Source: Bacillota bacterium
GTDB taxonomy: Bacteria > Bacillota > UBA4882 > UBA10575
Assembly: GCA_029782135.1 (NCBI GenBank)
Contig: JAKOVI010000133.1
Location: forward strand, 10,176-74,175
Length of the DNA: 64,000 bases
Reading direction: 5' to 3'
The translations under genes were made by a program, and so were the position numbers. Numbering within the stretch: the stretch's first letter is position 1; each line of letters opens with the position of its first letter. This document shows positions 46,721-56,222 of the stretch, in pieces. Below the pieces are notes generated by a model. The model searched no databases. It was not told where the DNA came from and was given only the letters and a program-made list of their open reading frames with translations.

Positions 46721-47002
46721 TTATCTCCCAAGCGAAAGTTTTTCCTGGTAATAACTTTCCTCACGGGCTTTCTTGAGAAGATAAACATACCGTTTTTCCG
46801 CTGCACCTAAAGTATAAATGGCATGGTCAATGAGATCTGGTTCTGTTACCGTATTAAAATAAGCCCTTGCTTCTTGCCAATCCTTCTTCGCTTCTTCAAT
46901 TAACCGGCTATATCTTTCCGCCAACGAGCGTTGGGAGAAACGGTCATTTTTTAAGATCTGCTTCAACAACTGTTCAAGAAAATCCTTCTTGGCAAAGATC
47001 AT
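46721..47002 (-). CDS. DUF2508 protein (YaaL-like)
   Basis: The ATG at 47002 is preceded by GGGAGGGAG. ...EEAKKDWQEARAYFNTVTEPDLIDHAIYTLGAAEKRYVYLLKKAREE is the typical YaaL pattern. Confidence 0.7.
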   Translation of the reverse strand: MIFAKKDFLEQLLKQILKNDRFSQRSLAERYSRLIEEAKKDWQEARAYFNTVTEPDLIDHAIYTLGAAEKRYVYLLKKAREESYYQEKLSLGR

Positions 47003-47101
47003 TGCTCTCCCTCCCGTCCCCAAATAGTATTGTTCAGGGAGGGAATGTCTATACCTCAAAGATGGCAACTGTGGAATTTTTGCCCGTTAAAAAGATCCTT
47101 C

Positions 47102-48022
47102 CTATTCCTCTTGCGCTTTGTTTTTCAACCAAAAACCGAAGATCTTCACCCGTTTGGCCAGCAGGAAACCTACGCCCAGCAACAAAAGGGCAGGAAGAAG
47201 AAAGCCCCAGGGGAAACCCTTTTCACAGTTGATCGGATAGACAACGACGGGCTGTCCGTCCTTCCGGGGAAAACTTAACTGCCTTTCTTGTGCATATCTT
47301 CCTTTTGCCGGCGCCAAAAGATCGAGGACAAGAGGAGCGCCTTCCGCCCCGCCGCCAAAGACCCAGTCCCCCGGTTCTTTGCGCACCGCCCGTAAAAATC
47401 CTGGGCCAAATCCATCGTAGGAGCCGATCAACACATAATACTTCCAGTCCTTCCGGGGCCGGCCGATCAACTCGACCGGAACCGCCAACCGGATCAGGTG
47501 GTGTTCAGGTAAGTACCCGGCTAACACCGTGGTCGACTCCAAACCGCCGTCCGGTTTAAGGTATGTTAACCTGCTACTTTCCCAGCCCACGCCCTCTAAA
47601 CAATACTCCCACCCATACTGCGGCGGGAAGTTGACACCCAATTCCGCGTAAAGGGGCTCGGTTTTCCCACCCCTCGCCGTATCAAGGTAAATATGGATCA
47701 CCGGATGAATAAAACCCTCCGGTGCGTTCCAGGGGTTACTGATCCTTTTAATCTGCAGGTCAAAGTAAAGGTTTTGTTCATCGCCGGAGACGCGAAATTT
47801 TAAAAGATCAAAGAGTCCTTCATATGGTTGAAAGGCGATGTTTTGCGGATAAAGATAACTCCCTGGCCCATAATCATCTCCTTCCGGGTCAGTGGCTTCA
47901 AAATAAACTGCCGGCGCTTGCCCTTTCCCTGGTGCGCCACTCCCCAGCGGGGATAAGCCCAAGCATAGAACAGTAAGAAAGATAATCAATCTTAACACTG
48001 GCCTCACCATCCTCATCCTCAA
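47102..48022 (-). CDS. Secreted, C-terminally anchored protein resembling the glucodextranase-like C-terminal (Glucodextran_C) domain
   Basis: Signal peptide, then DPEGDDYGPGSYLYPQNIAFQPYEGLFDLLKFRV...NPWNAPEGF and a C-terminal TM segment. The family assignment is from memory of the motif. Confidence 0.5.
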   Translation of the reverse strand: MRMRMVRPVLRLIIFLTVLCLGLSPLGSGAPGKGQAPAVYFEATDPEGDDYGPGSYLYPQNIAFQPYEGLFDLLKFRVSGDEQNLYFDLQIKRISNPWNAPEGFIHPVIHIYLDTARGGKTEPLYAELGVNFPPQYGWEYCLEGVGWESSRLTYLKPDGGLESTTVLAGYLPEHHLIRLAVPVELIGRPRKDWKYYVLIGSYDGFGPGFLRAVRKEPGDWVFGGGAEGAPLVLDLLAPAKGRYAQERQLSFPRKDGQPVVVYPINCEKGFPWGFLLPALLLLGVGFLLAKRVKIFGFWLKNKAQEE

Positions 48023-48087
48023 ATTATGCCCGGTTCAGGTAAACTATTCCATCTTTCCGGACAGGAGGGAGGACGGATCCGATTAAG

Positions 48088-48714
48088 CTATAAAAGTTTC
48101 TTGGCCACTTCCACGGCGGCGCCGGCATCAGGGGCATAACCATCAGCACCGATCCGGTCGGCATATTCCTGTGTCACCGGGGCTCCGCCAATCAATACTT
48201 TCACTTGCGCGCGCACCCTTGCGCTAACGAGGAGGTCAATTACCTCTTTCATCTTCGGCATCGTCGTTGTTAAGAGGGCGGACATTCCTAAGATTTCCGG
48301 TTGATGCTGGCGGATGGCCTGGAGGAACTTTTCCGCGGAAACATCGGCACCCAAATCAACCACCTTAAAGCCGGCACCCTCAAGCATCATTGCCACCAGA
48401 TTTTTCCCGATATCATGATGGTCCCCCTGCACGGTCCCGATCACCACCGACCCGACATAATCCGCCGGTTCTCCAGTGAGCAAAGGTTTCAAAACGGCCA
48501 GTCCTGCTTGCATAACCCGCGCTGCCAACATAACTTCCGGCAGGAAAATCTCGTTCGTTTTGAACTTCTCGCCCACCTTCTCCATGGCCGGAATCAGCGC
48601 TTCCCTGATCAGCTGCTGGGGAGGAACCCCCGCTTGTAAAGCCGCGTTGATTAACTCCTCAAGTTTCGTCGTATTACCACTGAGCAAAACCTCGTGATAC
48701 CGTTCCTGTTCCAC
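48088..48714 (-). CDS. Cobalamin-binding (corrinoid) protein, methyltransferase-partner type
   Basis: B12-binding cap domain plus a Rossmann domain with the DxHxxG motif (GDHHDIGKN) and MSALLTTT. A GTG at 48714 preceded by GGGAG gives 208 aa. Confidence 0.85.
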   Translation of the reverse strand: MEQERYHEVLLSGNTTKLEELINAALQAGVPPQQLIREALIPAMEKVGEKFKTNEIFLPEVMLAARVMQAGLAVLKPLLTGEPADYVGSVVIGTVQGDHHDIGKNLVAMMLEGAGFKVVDLGADVSAEKFLQAIRQHQPEILGMSALLTTTMPKMKEVIDLLVSARVRAQVKVLIGGAPVTQEYADRIGADGYAPDAGAAVEVAKKLL

Positions 48715-49000
48715 TTTTCTTCTCCCTTCTTCATCCGTTCTCCGTATTGTCTTCCGACAGTCATAAGATAACGATGTCAACGCACTCCTCCTTGTCAACC
48801 GTAAACGCAAACGGCTTCTCTTCCAAGGAGGCAACAGAATACGTTGGTTATGAATCCATTCTTATTCTACGTAAGAACGCGGAATCCTGTATCAAACCGG
48901 CGCTTTATCATGAACGTTACCCGGCTGGTTAAGAACCATGCTTTCTTGGCACACTAAGATCATCGCTTTGCCATTTCAGCGTCAGGAGGTATACAGGAGA

Positions 49001-50269
49001 GTGCCAAAACAGTCTGCGCTCAAAATCACGATTTGGATCTTGGCTGCCGTTCCGTTTATTATGGTCTTGGGTAATTCCATGCTAATTCCCGTTCTGCCTG
49101 CAATCCAAAAATCCTTGAATCTCTCTCTCCTGCAGGCTGGATTGTTAATTACCGCCTTCTCGATTCCGGCCGGTCTGACCATTCCCTTTGCCGGTCTCCT
49201 CTCCGACCATGTCGGACGAAAAACGGTGATGGCCCCGGCTTTAGTCATCTACGGAACCGGTGGACTCCTTGCCGGCCTCGCCGCCATCTTCATCGCCAAA
49301 CCCTATCCGTACATACTCGGCGCCCGCATCATTCAAGGAATTGGCGCCGGCGGCACCTACCAGTTGGCAATGGCGCTCACCGGCGACTTGATTCAGGATC
49401 AAGAGCGGGCACGCGTCCTCGGTCTTCTGGAAGCGGCGAATGGTTTGGGGAAAGTCGTCAGCCCGTTAGCCGGGGCTACCGTCGGTTTAATCTCCTGGTA
49501 CATGCCTTTTTTTGTTTACGGCGTCTTGTCCTTTCCGATCGCCGCCGCCATCTGGTGGGGAACCAAAGAACCGGAAACAAAAAGGAGAGCCGAATCGCTC
49601 CCGGTTTATGCCCAAAATTTACTGAAGATCCTCAGGGAAAAAGGGGTAAACCTTGGCGCCGCCTTTCTCTGTGGCGCCGTTGTCTTGTTTACGCTCTTTG
49701 GTTTACTGAGTCTCCTCTCCGATCTGCTGGAGAAAAATTTCCATTATGGGATCTTCCGCCGTGGTTTAACGATTGCCATTCCCGTCCTGGTCATGGCAGC
49801 CTCCTCCTATTACTTGGGGATTGTCTTAAAAAAACAGCTTCTCAAGATCATGAAGTGGACGATCATCGGTGGCCTCGCCCTGGTGGCTTTGGGCTTATTT
49901 CTCTTTCCGCTCGCCGGCGGGGTCTTCCTCAAAGTCCTCTACTCCGCGTTCATTGGCTTGGGAACCGGCCTGGTTCTCCCCTCCTTGAATACGTTGATTA
50001 CGTCGTCGGCACCCTCCAGTGAACGGGGACTGGTTACCTGTTTATACGGGACAGTAAGGTTTTTTGGCGTCGCGATTGGTCCGCCCGTCTTTGGTCTTAC
50101 CGCCAAGTTCGGCCAGCATTTCATCTTTTGGGCAACCGTTGGCCTCGTCGTGGCAATTGCACTCATTGCGCTCTTCTTAATTCATCCCGACAAAGTCCTG
50201 CCCGACTCCTTGAAAGGTGGTGGCGACGGAAAACAGCATAGTACGTATAAAGATGCCACTTTAGGGTAG
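49001..50269 (+). CDS. MFS transporter
   Basis: 12-TM pattern with the SDHVGRK motif in loop 2-3. The GTG at 49001 lies downstream of GGAGG. The ORF-track start is 48938. Confidence 0.8.
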   Translation: MPKQSALKITIWILAAVPFIMVLGNSMLIPVLPAIQKSLNLSLLQAGLLITAFSIPAGLTIPFAGLLSDHVGRKTVMAPALVIYGTGGLLAGLAAIFIAKPYPYILGARIIQGIGAGGTYQLAMALTGDLIQDQERARVLGLLEAANGLGKVVSPLAGATVGLISWYMPFFVYGVLSFPIAAAIWWGTKEPETKRRAESLPVYAQNLLKILREKGVNLGAAFLCGAVVLFTLFGLLSLLSDLLEKNFHYGIFRRGLTIAIPVLVMAASSYYLGIVLKKQLLKIMKWTIIGGLALVALGLFLFPLAGGVFLKVLYSAFIGLGTGLVLPSLNTLITSSAPSSERGLVTCLYGTVRFFGVAIGPPVFGLTAKFGQHFIFWATVGLVVAIALIALFLIHPDKVLPDSLKGGGDGKQHSTYKDATLG

Positions 50270-50302
50270 AACTTAAATAAATTCAGTAAAAAGGAGGTTG
50301 TG

Positions 50303-50503
50303 ATGATGGATCGCCTGGCGTTAATACTGGTTATTATCGGCGCTATCAATTGGCTGTTAGTTGGTTTGTTCCAGATGGACATCGTCGCCAGTATCTTTGG
50401 CGGAGCAGATTCAATGCTCAGCCGGATCGTTTATTCGCTGGTCGGACTGGCCGGGCTCTACTGTATCACGCTTCTCTTCCGGGAGCGGACGAAAGCCGAA
50501 TAA
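50303..50503 (+). CDS. DUF378 small membrane protein
   Basis: LALILVIIGAINWLLVGLFQMDIVASIFGG is the typical DUF378 motif (GxNWGLVG-like). AGGAGG lies 5 nt upstream. Confidence 0.8.
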   Translation: MMDRLALILVIIGAINWLLVGLFQMDIVASIFGGADSMLSRIVYSLVGLAGLYCITLLFRERTKAE

Positions 50504-50547
50504 GTACATACAGCAAAGAAGTCAGAATCAGCAATTGCTCTTCACCC

Positions 50548-50580
50548 AAATCCGAAAGCCCTGCTTTCGGATTTGCTTAA
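50548..50580 (+). terminator. Hairpin or terminator after the DUF378 gene
   Basis: AAATCCGAAAG-ccctg-CTTTCGGATTT 11-bp stem with a weak T-tail. Confidence 0.6.
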
Positions 50581-50713
50581 TATTATGGAAACTTCATCCA
50601 TTAACACGGAAAACGGGCGCTGTTATTATGTATCGACACGCTTGGATATGCTATAATTTTGGAGAGGCAGATCATGTTTCCGATGATTTTTTTACCAAGC
50701 GCGTAGGAGGTTT

Positions 50714-52021
50714 ATGATGAAGATCAAACATCATCACTGTTTTCGTCTAGTCCTCATTCTTTGTCTGTTCCTTGTCCTCCCCGGAACCGCCGCCCATGCC
50801 CAAAGCGCCGACCCCTTGCGTTTGCAAGTCGAAGCAGCGATTCTTGTTGATGGAAACAGCGGCAAGATTCTCTATACCAAGAATGCCGACGAACCATTGG
50901 CTTTGGCCAGTATGACAAAGATCCTCACTGAGTACCTGATCTTAGAACAGATTAAAGAAAAGAAGCTTGCTTGGGAACAGACGACCACAATCAGTGATTA
51001 TGCCTACCGGATCTCCCAGAATCTTAAACTTTCCAATGTTCCGCTCCGTGCCGGTGAGGCTTATACTGTCCGCGAGCTTTACGAAGCCATGGCGATCTAC
51101 TCGGCAAACGGGGCCACCATTGCCCTGGCTGAACTGGTGGCCGGCAGTGAAGCCGAGTTTGTCCGCCTGATGAATGAAAAAGCCCAAGCCTTAGGGCTGA
51201 AAAATTATAACTTCGTCAACTCAACCGGGTTAAATAACAAAGACTTACTGGGCTTCCACCCCGCGGGCAACACGGATCAAGAAAATTATGCCTCCGCCAA
51301 AGATACCGCCATTATGGCATTCCGGCTGATCAAGGATTTTCCGGAAGCCCTGGCGATCGCCAGTACGCCGCGGAAGTTCTTTCGGGAGGGAACCCCCGAT
51401 GCGATCAGGATGGATAATTGGAACTGGATGCTCCCTGAACTCGTCTATGGTTATGAGGGGATTGACGGCTTAAAGACCGGCTCGACCAACCTGGCCGGGT
51501 TTTGCTTTACCGCAACCGCCGTGCGGAACGGAACTAGGTTAATCTCCGTTGTGATGAAAGGCCGCTCCTATGCCGCCCGTTTTCAGGAGACAAAAAAACT
51601 GCTGGATTATGGCTTCAACAATTTCGAAATCAAAGAACTCTTTCCCAGCGGTTATCAGGCCCCGGGCAACACGGAGATACCCGTCCAAAAAGGAAGAGAA
51701 ACCAGCGTACCGATCGCGACCGCAAAGCCCCTGTCGATCTTAGTCCGGCGCGGTCAGGAAAGCCTCTACCAACCGGTCGTTCTGCTTGATCAGCCCAAGC
51801 TCACCGCACCGGTTGCGCAAGGCACACCGGTCGGCCGTTTAACCGCACGCTACGAGGGAGAAGAGGCTGAGTATTTGACCCTTGACGGTCCGGGCTTCGA
51901 AGCAGTTCCTTTAGTGACCACCCAGGAGGTAAAGAAGGCGGGCTTCTTGAAGCTAGTCTATTATCAACTCATTGCCTTCTTCTCCTGGCTGGGCAGAAAA
52001 ATCGCCGGTCTCTTTGGATAA
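50714..52021 (+). CDS. D-alanyl-D-alanine carboxypeptidase (S11, PBP5-like; DacB/DacF-like)
   Basis: Signal peptide, the active-site motif SMTK, then SANG and KTGST motifs, and a C-terminal amphipathic anchor. Confidence 0.9.
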   Translation: MMKIKHHHCFRLVLILCLFLVLPGTAAHAQSADPLRLQVEAAILVDGNSGKILYTKNADEPLALASMTKILTEYLILEQIKEKKLAWEQTTTISDYAYRISQNLKLSNVPLRAGEAYTVRELYEAMAIYSANGATIALAELVAGSEAEFVRLMNEKAQALGLKNYNFVNSTGLNNKDLLGFHPAGNTDQENYASAKDTAIMAFRLIKDFPEALAIASTPRKFFREGTPDAIRMDNWNWMLPELVYGYEGIDGLKTGSTNLAGFCFTATAVRNGTRLISVVMKGRSYAARFQETKKLLDYGFNNFEIKELFPSGYQAPGNTEIPVQKGRETSVPIATAKPLSILVRRGQESLYQPVVLLDQPKLTAPVAQGTPVGRLTARYEGEEAEYLTLDGPGFEAVPLVTTQEVKKAGFLKLVYYQLIAFFSWLGRKIAGLFG

Positions 52022-52050
52022 AAAAAAATGGCCGAAAGGCCATTTTTTTT
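52021..52050. terminator. Bidirectional terminator between dac and trxA
   Basis: AAAAAAAATGGCC-gaaa-GGCCATTTTTTTT. Confidence 0.85.
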
Positions 52051-52366
52051 ATACCCAGCGGTCAAGGACCGCAGCAATCCGGTTCTTTGGAACAGCTCCG
52101 TTAATCTGGTCAACCACTTCACCATTTTTAAAGATCAGCATGGTTGGAATGCTTAAGATCCGGTACTTGCTGCTGGAGACCGGGTTTTCATCGGTATTCA
52201 GCTTCCCGACCTTAACCTTGCCTTGATATTCTTCGGCAATCTCCTCGATGAAAGGGGCAACCATCCGGCAGGGCCCGCACCAAGGCGCCCAAAAGTCAAC
52301 CAGCACCACTCCGTTATAATCCAGCACCTCTGTCTGAAAATTGCTGTCGGTAAAGGTTAAAGCCAT
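52049..52366 (-). CDS. trxA: Thioredoxin
   Basis: [15 protein letters not shown]...[13 protein letters not shown], 105 aa. The ATG at 52366 is preceded by GAGGAGG. Confidence 0.92.
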   Translation of the reverse strand: MALTFTDSNFQTEVLDYNGVVLVDFWAPWCGPCRMVAPFIEEIAEEYQGKVKVGKLNTDENPVSSSKYRILSIPTMLIFKNGEVVDQINGAVPKNRIAAVLDRWV

Positions 52367-52382
52367 TAATCCTTCCTCCTCT

Positions 52383-52679
52383 TCAGTTAAATTTCTTAAA
52401 GACCTCGGCAAACTTCTCCATCGCCTGTTCCGGGCTACTCCCCCTCGCCAGTTCCTGGACAACACAGGAAGATAACTGGTAACTAAGGATGGTCATTGCC
52501 ACTTGGACCACAGCCGACTTCACCGCCGACACCTGAAAGACAATCTCTTGACAGGAACGGTCTTCCTCAATCATTCTTTGCAAGCCGCGTACCTGTCCCT
52601 CAATCCGCCGCAGTCGCTTGATCAGGTCATTTTTGATCGCCGCGGACAGTTTACCGTCCCGCACATTTTGGACTTCCAT
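52383..52679 (-). CDS. CsoR/RcnR/FrmR-family metal- or thiol-sensing repressor (Cys-Gln-Cys variant)
   Basis: [38 protein letters not shown]...LSYQLSSCV...FKKFN. Aligned by eye to B. subtilis CsoR, the His ligand position is Gln. Confidence 0.85.
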   Translation of the reverse strand: MEVQNVRDGKLSAAIKNDLIKRLRRIEGQVRGLQRMIEEDRSCQEIVFQVSAVKSAVVQVAMTILSYQLSSCVVQELARGSSPEQAMEKFAEVFKKFN

Positions 52680-52692
52680 CCTTCGTCCTCCT

Positions 52693-52711
52693 TACCATAC
52701 CCCCTATGGTA
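52693..52711. promoter_or_regulatory. CsoR-type operator
   Basis: TACCATA-CCCCC-TATGGTA is a perfect 7-bp inverted repeat around a C5/G5 tract. It lies just downstream of the -10 and overlaps the predicted start site. Confidence 0.7.
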
Positions 52712-52716
52712 TTTAT

Positions 52717-52745
52717 ATAATATAACATAGCCTTCCTTTTGTCAA
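52717..52745 (-). promoter_or_regulatory. Sigma-A promoter of the csoR-like/trxA operon
   Basis: TTGACA, a 17-nt spacer, then TATTAT. Confidence 0.7.
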
Positions 52746-52814
52746 GGCATTCTTCTGCAAATTCACCCAACCAAAGAAGCGCCAATCCGGTTGGTTCCGC
52801 CGGCCTTGCCGTTT

Positions 52815-54464
52815 TCAGTAGCGGCCGGCCACCGGCAAACGTGCCCACCGGTGCAGGGGATTCCTGATCACCCTGAGCCCCGGCAAGGCCTGCCGCCGTT
52901 TGAACTCGGAACGGTGGACCGCCCGGATTACCCAATTGACCATTTCCGCAGGAAACCCCCGCGCGACGATCTGGTCGGGGGAGAGGTTCTCCACCGTATA
53001 AAGCTGTAAAATCTGGTCCAGCAGGGGGTAGGGGGGGAGCGTATCCTGATCCCGCTGGTCCGGCCGGAGCTCCGCCGAGGGGGCCTTCTTGATGATCCTT
53101 TCCGGGATGATCTCCCGGTCCCGGTTAAGCTCCGCCGCCAATTCATAGACTAAAGTTTTCGTCAGATCGCTCAGCACGGCCAAGCCGCCGCTCATATCCG
53201 CTCCGTAAAGGGTGCAGTAGCCGACGAGCAATTCACTGAGGTTGCCCGCGGTCAAGACCAGGTAGCCGAATTTATTCGAATAAGCCATCAGAATGTTTGT
53301 CCGGATCCGGGCCTGCAAATTTTCCTCCGCAAGCCCGATTGCCCCCGGCTCCGCAGACCAATGCCGGTAGAGCAGATCCAGCGTTTCCTGGTAAAGCCGG
53401 GAGATGGGAACCACCGCAAATTGGACTCCCAACCTTGCGGCCAGTTGGGCGGCGTCTTCAATGCTGGCTGCCGAAGAATAAGGTGACGGCAGGGAAAGCG
53501 CCAACACGTTTTCGCTCCCCAAGGCCTCGGCGGCCAAACAACAGACGACCGCGGAGTCAATCCCGCCGGAAAGGCCAAGGACAGCCTGGCGGAACCCGCT
53601 TTTGCGGCAATAGTCTTTGATCCCGAGCACCAAGGCATCATGCACGGTACTGATCGCCGGCTGCCACCGGGGACCGGTGAGCGGGGTTAACGCCGCCGGA
53701 TCAACCGTCATGGTAAACTCTTGAAAAGCCGGCGCCACCAGCAACGGTTCCCCGTCCGCGTTAAAGAGCATGCTTTGTCCGGGGAAAACAAATTCATCAT
53801 TAGCCCCGACTTGATTGACCAGAAGGAGCGGAGTTTGGAGGCGACGCGCCCGTTCGGAAGCGCGTGTGTACAGTTCCTCCACACCTCCCATATAGAAGGG
53901 GAAAGCAGCTAAATTAATAATTAAATCCGCTTGTCCGGCCAATTGGGATAAGGAAGACTGCAGGGAGGAGCCCGTCCCGGATGGAGACGGAAGCGCCTCC
54001 GCCCAAAGATCTTCCCCGATCAGAACCCCCAGGGCCTGATCTTTAAACTGCACCGTCGAAAACTGGGCCGCCGGTTGAAAATAGGCGGTTTCATCAAACA
54101 AATCATAGGCAGGGAGCGCCGTTTTATCCTGTGTAAAGTGGATCAACCCGCGGTAGATCAGGACCGCCGAATTATAGAGAACACGGCGGCCGCCGTCTTC
54201 CCCCGTCCGGGGAAGTCCGACCAGGATTCCTGTTTGCGGGTAACGGGCAGAGCAGTCAACCAGTTCCTGCAGAGCTTTGTTGATTCCCTGCTGAAACCAT
54301 TCTTTCGTTAAGAGCCCGAGCGGGGGATATCCTGAGAGGAAGAGTTCGGGCAGGACAATCAGATCCGCCTTTCCCGCCTCCTGGGCCAGAAGACTCCGGA
54401 TCCGCCCGCTGTTTCCTTCGATATCACCCACGACCGGGTTTAATTGCCCAATTGTGATCTTCAT
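52815..54464 (-). CDS. nadE: Glutamine-dependent NAD+ synthetase
   Basis: 549 aa with an N-terminal CN-hydrolase domain (ADLIVLPELFLSGY) and a C-terminal NAD synthase domain (LGLSGGIDSAV). Confidence 0.92.
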   Translation of the reverse strand: MKITIGQLNPVVGDIEGNSGRIRSLLAQEAGKADLIVLPELFLSGYPPLGLLTKEWFQQGINKALQELVDCSARYPQTGILVGLPRTGEDGGRRVLYNSAVLIYRGLIHFTQDKTALPAYDLFDETAYFQPAAQFSTVQFKDQALGVLIGEDLWAEALPSPSGTGSSLQSSLSQLAGQADLIINLAAFPFYMGGVEELYTRASERARRLQTPLLLVNQVGANDEFVFPGQSMLFNADGEPLLVAPAFQEFTMTVDPAALTPLTGPRWQPAISTVHDALVLGIKDYCRKSGFRQAVLGLSGGIDSAVVCCLAAEALGSENVLALSLPSPYSSAASIEDAAQLAARLGVQFAVVPISRLYQETLDLLYRHWSAEPGAIGLAEENLQARIRTNILMAYSNKFGYLVLTAGNLSELLVGYCTLYGADMSGGLAVLSDLTKTLVYELAAELNRDREIIPERIIKKAPSAELRPDQRDQDTLPPYPLLDQILQLYTVENLSPDQIVARGFPAEMVNWVIRAVHRSEFKRRQALPGLRVIRNPLHRWARLPVAGRY

Positions 54465-54486
54465 GGTGCTCCCCTTTCCCTCCCGG

Positions 54487-54897
54487 TTACTCTTTGATCC
54501 GCCCCTTTAAAAAAGGTCCCAATTTAGTATCTGTCAACAGGATATGATTTCTTAACCAGTCGACCACCACTTTGTTGGTGGTTACTACCAAACTGATTCC
54601 GGCTCCTTCTTCCTCAAATTTACGCTTTAAATTCATAAAATTCTCCACAAAATGCTGGTGTTGGTTCCGGTGGGCTAAATACTCCGGATAAGCGTATTTA
54701 ATCATAAACTCTTCTTCGGAGCTGAAATGCACCTTAACGTATTCTTCTAAGAAGTTAAGGATCTCCGCCACCTTTTCTTTTCCTTGCCCTTGATTACAGG
54801 CATCCAACAGGGAGTTAATACGCCGGAACAGTTCCTGGTGTTGCTGATCAATCAGCGGAACACCGACGGAATATTCGTTTGACCAGAGGATCGCCAT
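54487..54897 (-). CDS. Bacteriohemerythrin
   Basis: MAILWSNEYSVGVPLIDQQHQELF...HFSSEEEFM...HRNQHQHF...WLRNHILLTD carries His/Glu iron ligands in hemerythrin spacing. The ATG at 54897 is preceded by GAGGAGG. Confidence 0.85.
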   Translation of the reverse strand: MAILWSNEYSVGVPLIDQQHQELFRRINSLLDACNQGQGKEKVAEILNFLEEYVKVHFSSEEEFMIKYAYPEYLAHRNQHQHFVENFMNLKRKFEEEGAGISLVVTTNKVVVDWLRNHILLTDTKLGPFLKGRIKE

Positions 54898-55016
54898 CTT
54901 AATCCTCCTCTCCAAGCTTACATTCTACCGGTTTTTTATAAAGATCCATTCTTGCCGGAGTGGAAAAACCCTCTCTTCCGGAAAGATTTTACCTGGAAAA
55001 ATGTTTGTTTCTTATG

Positions 55017-55050
55017 TAAAAAATGTGGGTACAGAAATTTCTGTACCCAC
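55017..55050 (-). terminator. Terminator about 100 nt downstream of ddl
   Basis: Perfect 26-nt palindrome GUGGGUACAGAAAUUUCUGUACCCAC followed by AUUUUUUAC. Confidence 0.8.
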
Positions 55051-55148
55051 CGTGGCTAACCAAAACATTAGTGAACGGGTGTCCCGACGAACTCACCTGT
55101 TACGGTGTCCGGTCCCATTAATATAAGAAGAATCTTTATTTCCTTAGT

Positions 55149-56222
55149 TCAAGAGCGTCTTCTTCTGGCGTCGTGAAAACGTTCCAAGGCCAGCTCCGCC
55201 AGGCGTTCAATTAAGGCGGGATATGGCAACCCGGAGGCCTCCCAAAGTTTAGGATACATGCTAATCTTCGTGAAGCCGGGGATCGTATTAATCTCATTCA
55301 GCAGCACCCGGCCATCATTCCGCAGGACAAAAAAGTCAACCCGCGCCATTCCGGCACAATCAATGGCTTTAAAGGCTTTAATTGCCAGTTCCTGAACCTC
55401 TGCTGTTTGCTCTTGGGTGATCGCCGCCGGGATCACTAACTTTGAATCGTTCTTAATGTACTTATCCTCATAATCGTAAAACTCCGCACCGGCAATGATC
55501 TCTCCCGGAATGGACGCTTCCGGTTGGTCATTGCCCAGCACGGCACATTCGACTTCCTGTCCGTCCAAAAAGGCCTCTACGATCAGTTTCCGGTCGTAAA
55601 GGGCTGCTAAATCAAGCGCCTTTTTTAGCTCCTCGCGGTCATGGGCCTTCGAGATCCCAACACTCGACCCCATATTCGCCGGTTTGACAAAACAGGGATA
55701 ACCCAGGTCTGCCTCAACGGATTCGATGATCCTTTGCGGTTCGGCCTCCCACTCTTTACGGGAAAAGACGCGGTAGTCACCGACCGGTAAACCCTGCTGG
55801 CAAAAGAGCGCCTTCATCAATGCTTTATCCATCCCCAAGGCCGAAGCGGCAATTCCGCCCCCGATATAGGGAATTCCGGCCAGTTCAAGCAGGCCTTGAA
55901 TGGTCCCGTCTTCCCCCATCGGACCGTGGAGGAGCGGGAAGACCAGATCCACCTCTTCTTTCAGCTTCCCAAGTAAAAACCCGGACGGGTTTTGCAATAA
56001 TTTATCATCAACCTCCCGGCGCGGAGGGGTTACTTCCCGTTGCCCGGTCTCAACCAGTTCCTGGGGGGAAAGTCCGGGAATCCACCGCCCGTCCTTGGTA
56101 ATCCCGATCGGTAAAACCTCCATCTTGCCTGCTACCGCTTTAAGCACCGACGCAGCAGACATGACGGAGACTTCGTGCTCCCCCGACTGGCCACCGTAAA
56201 TTAAGGCTATCCGCATGCCCAA
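55149..56222 (-). CDS. ddl: D-alanine--D-alanine ligase
   Basis: MRIALIYGGQSGEHEVSVMSA...ATP-grasp...LNEINTIPGFT. The start is either the TTG at 56222 or the ATG at 56216. Confidence 0.92.
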   Translation of the reverse strand: MGMRIALIYGGQSGEHEVSVMSAASVLKAVAGKMEVLPIGITKDGRWIPGLSPQELVETGQREVTPPRREVDDKLLQNPSGFLLGKLKEEVDLVFPLLHGPMGEDGTIQGLLELAGIPYIGGGIAASALGMDKALMKALFCQQGLPVGDYRVFSRKEWEAEPQRIIESVEADLGYPCFVKPANMGSSVGISKAHDREELKKALDLAALYDRKLIVEAFLDGQEVECAVLGNDQPEASIPGEIIAGAEFYDYEDKYIKNDSKLVIPAAITQEQTAEVQELAIKAFKAIDCAGMARVDFFVLRNDGRVLLNEINTIPGFTKISMYPKLWEASGLPYPALIERLAELALERFHDARRRRS

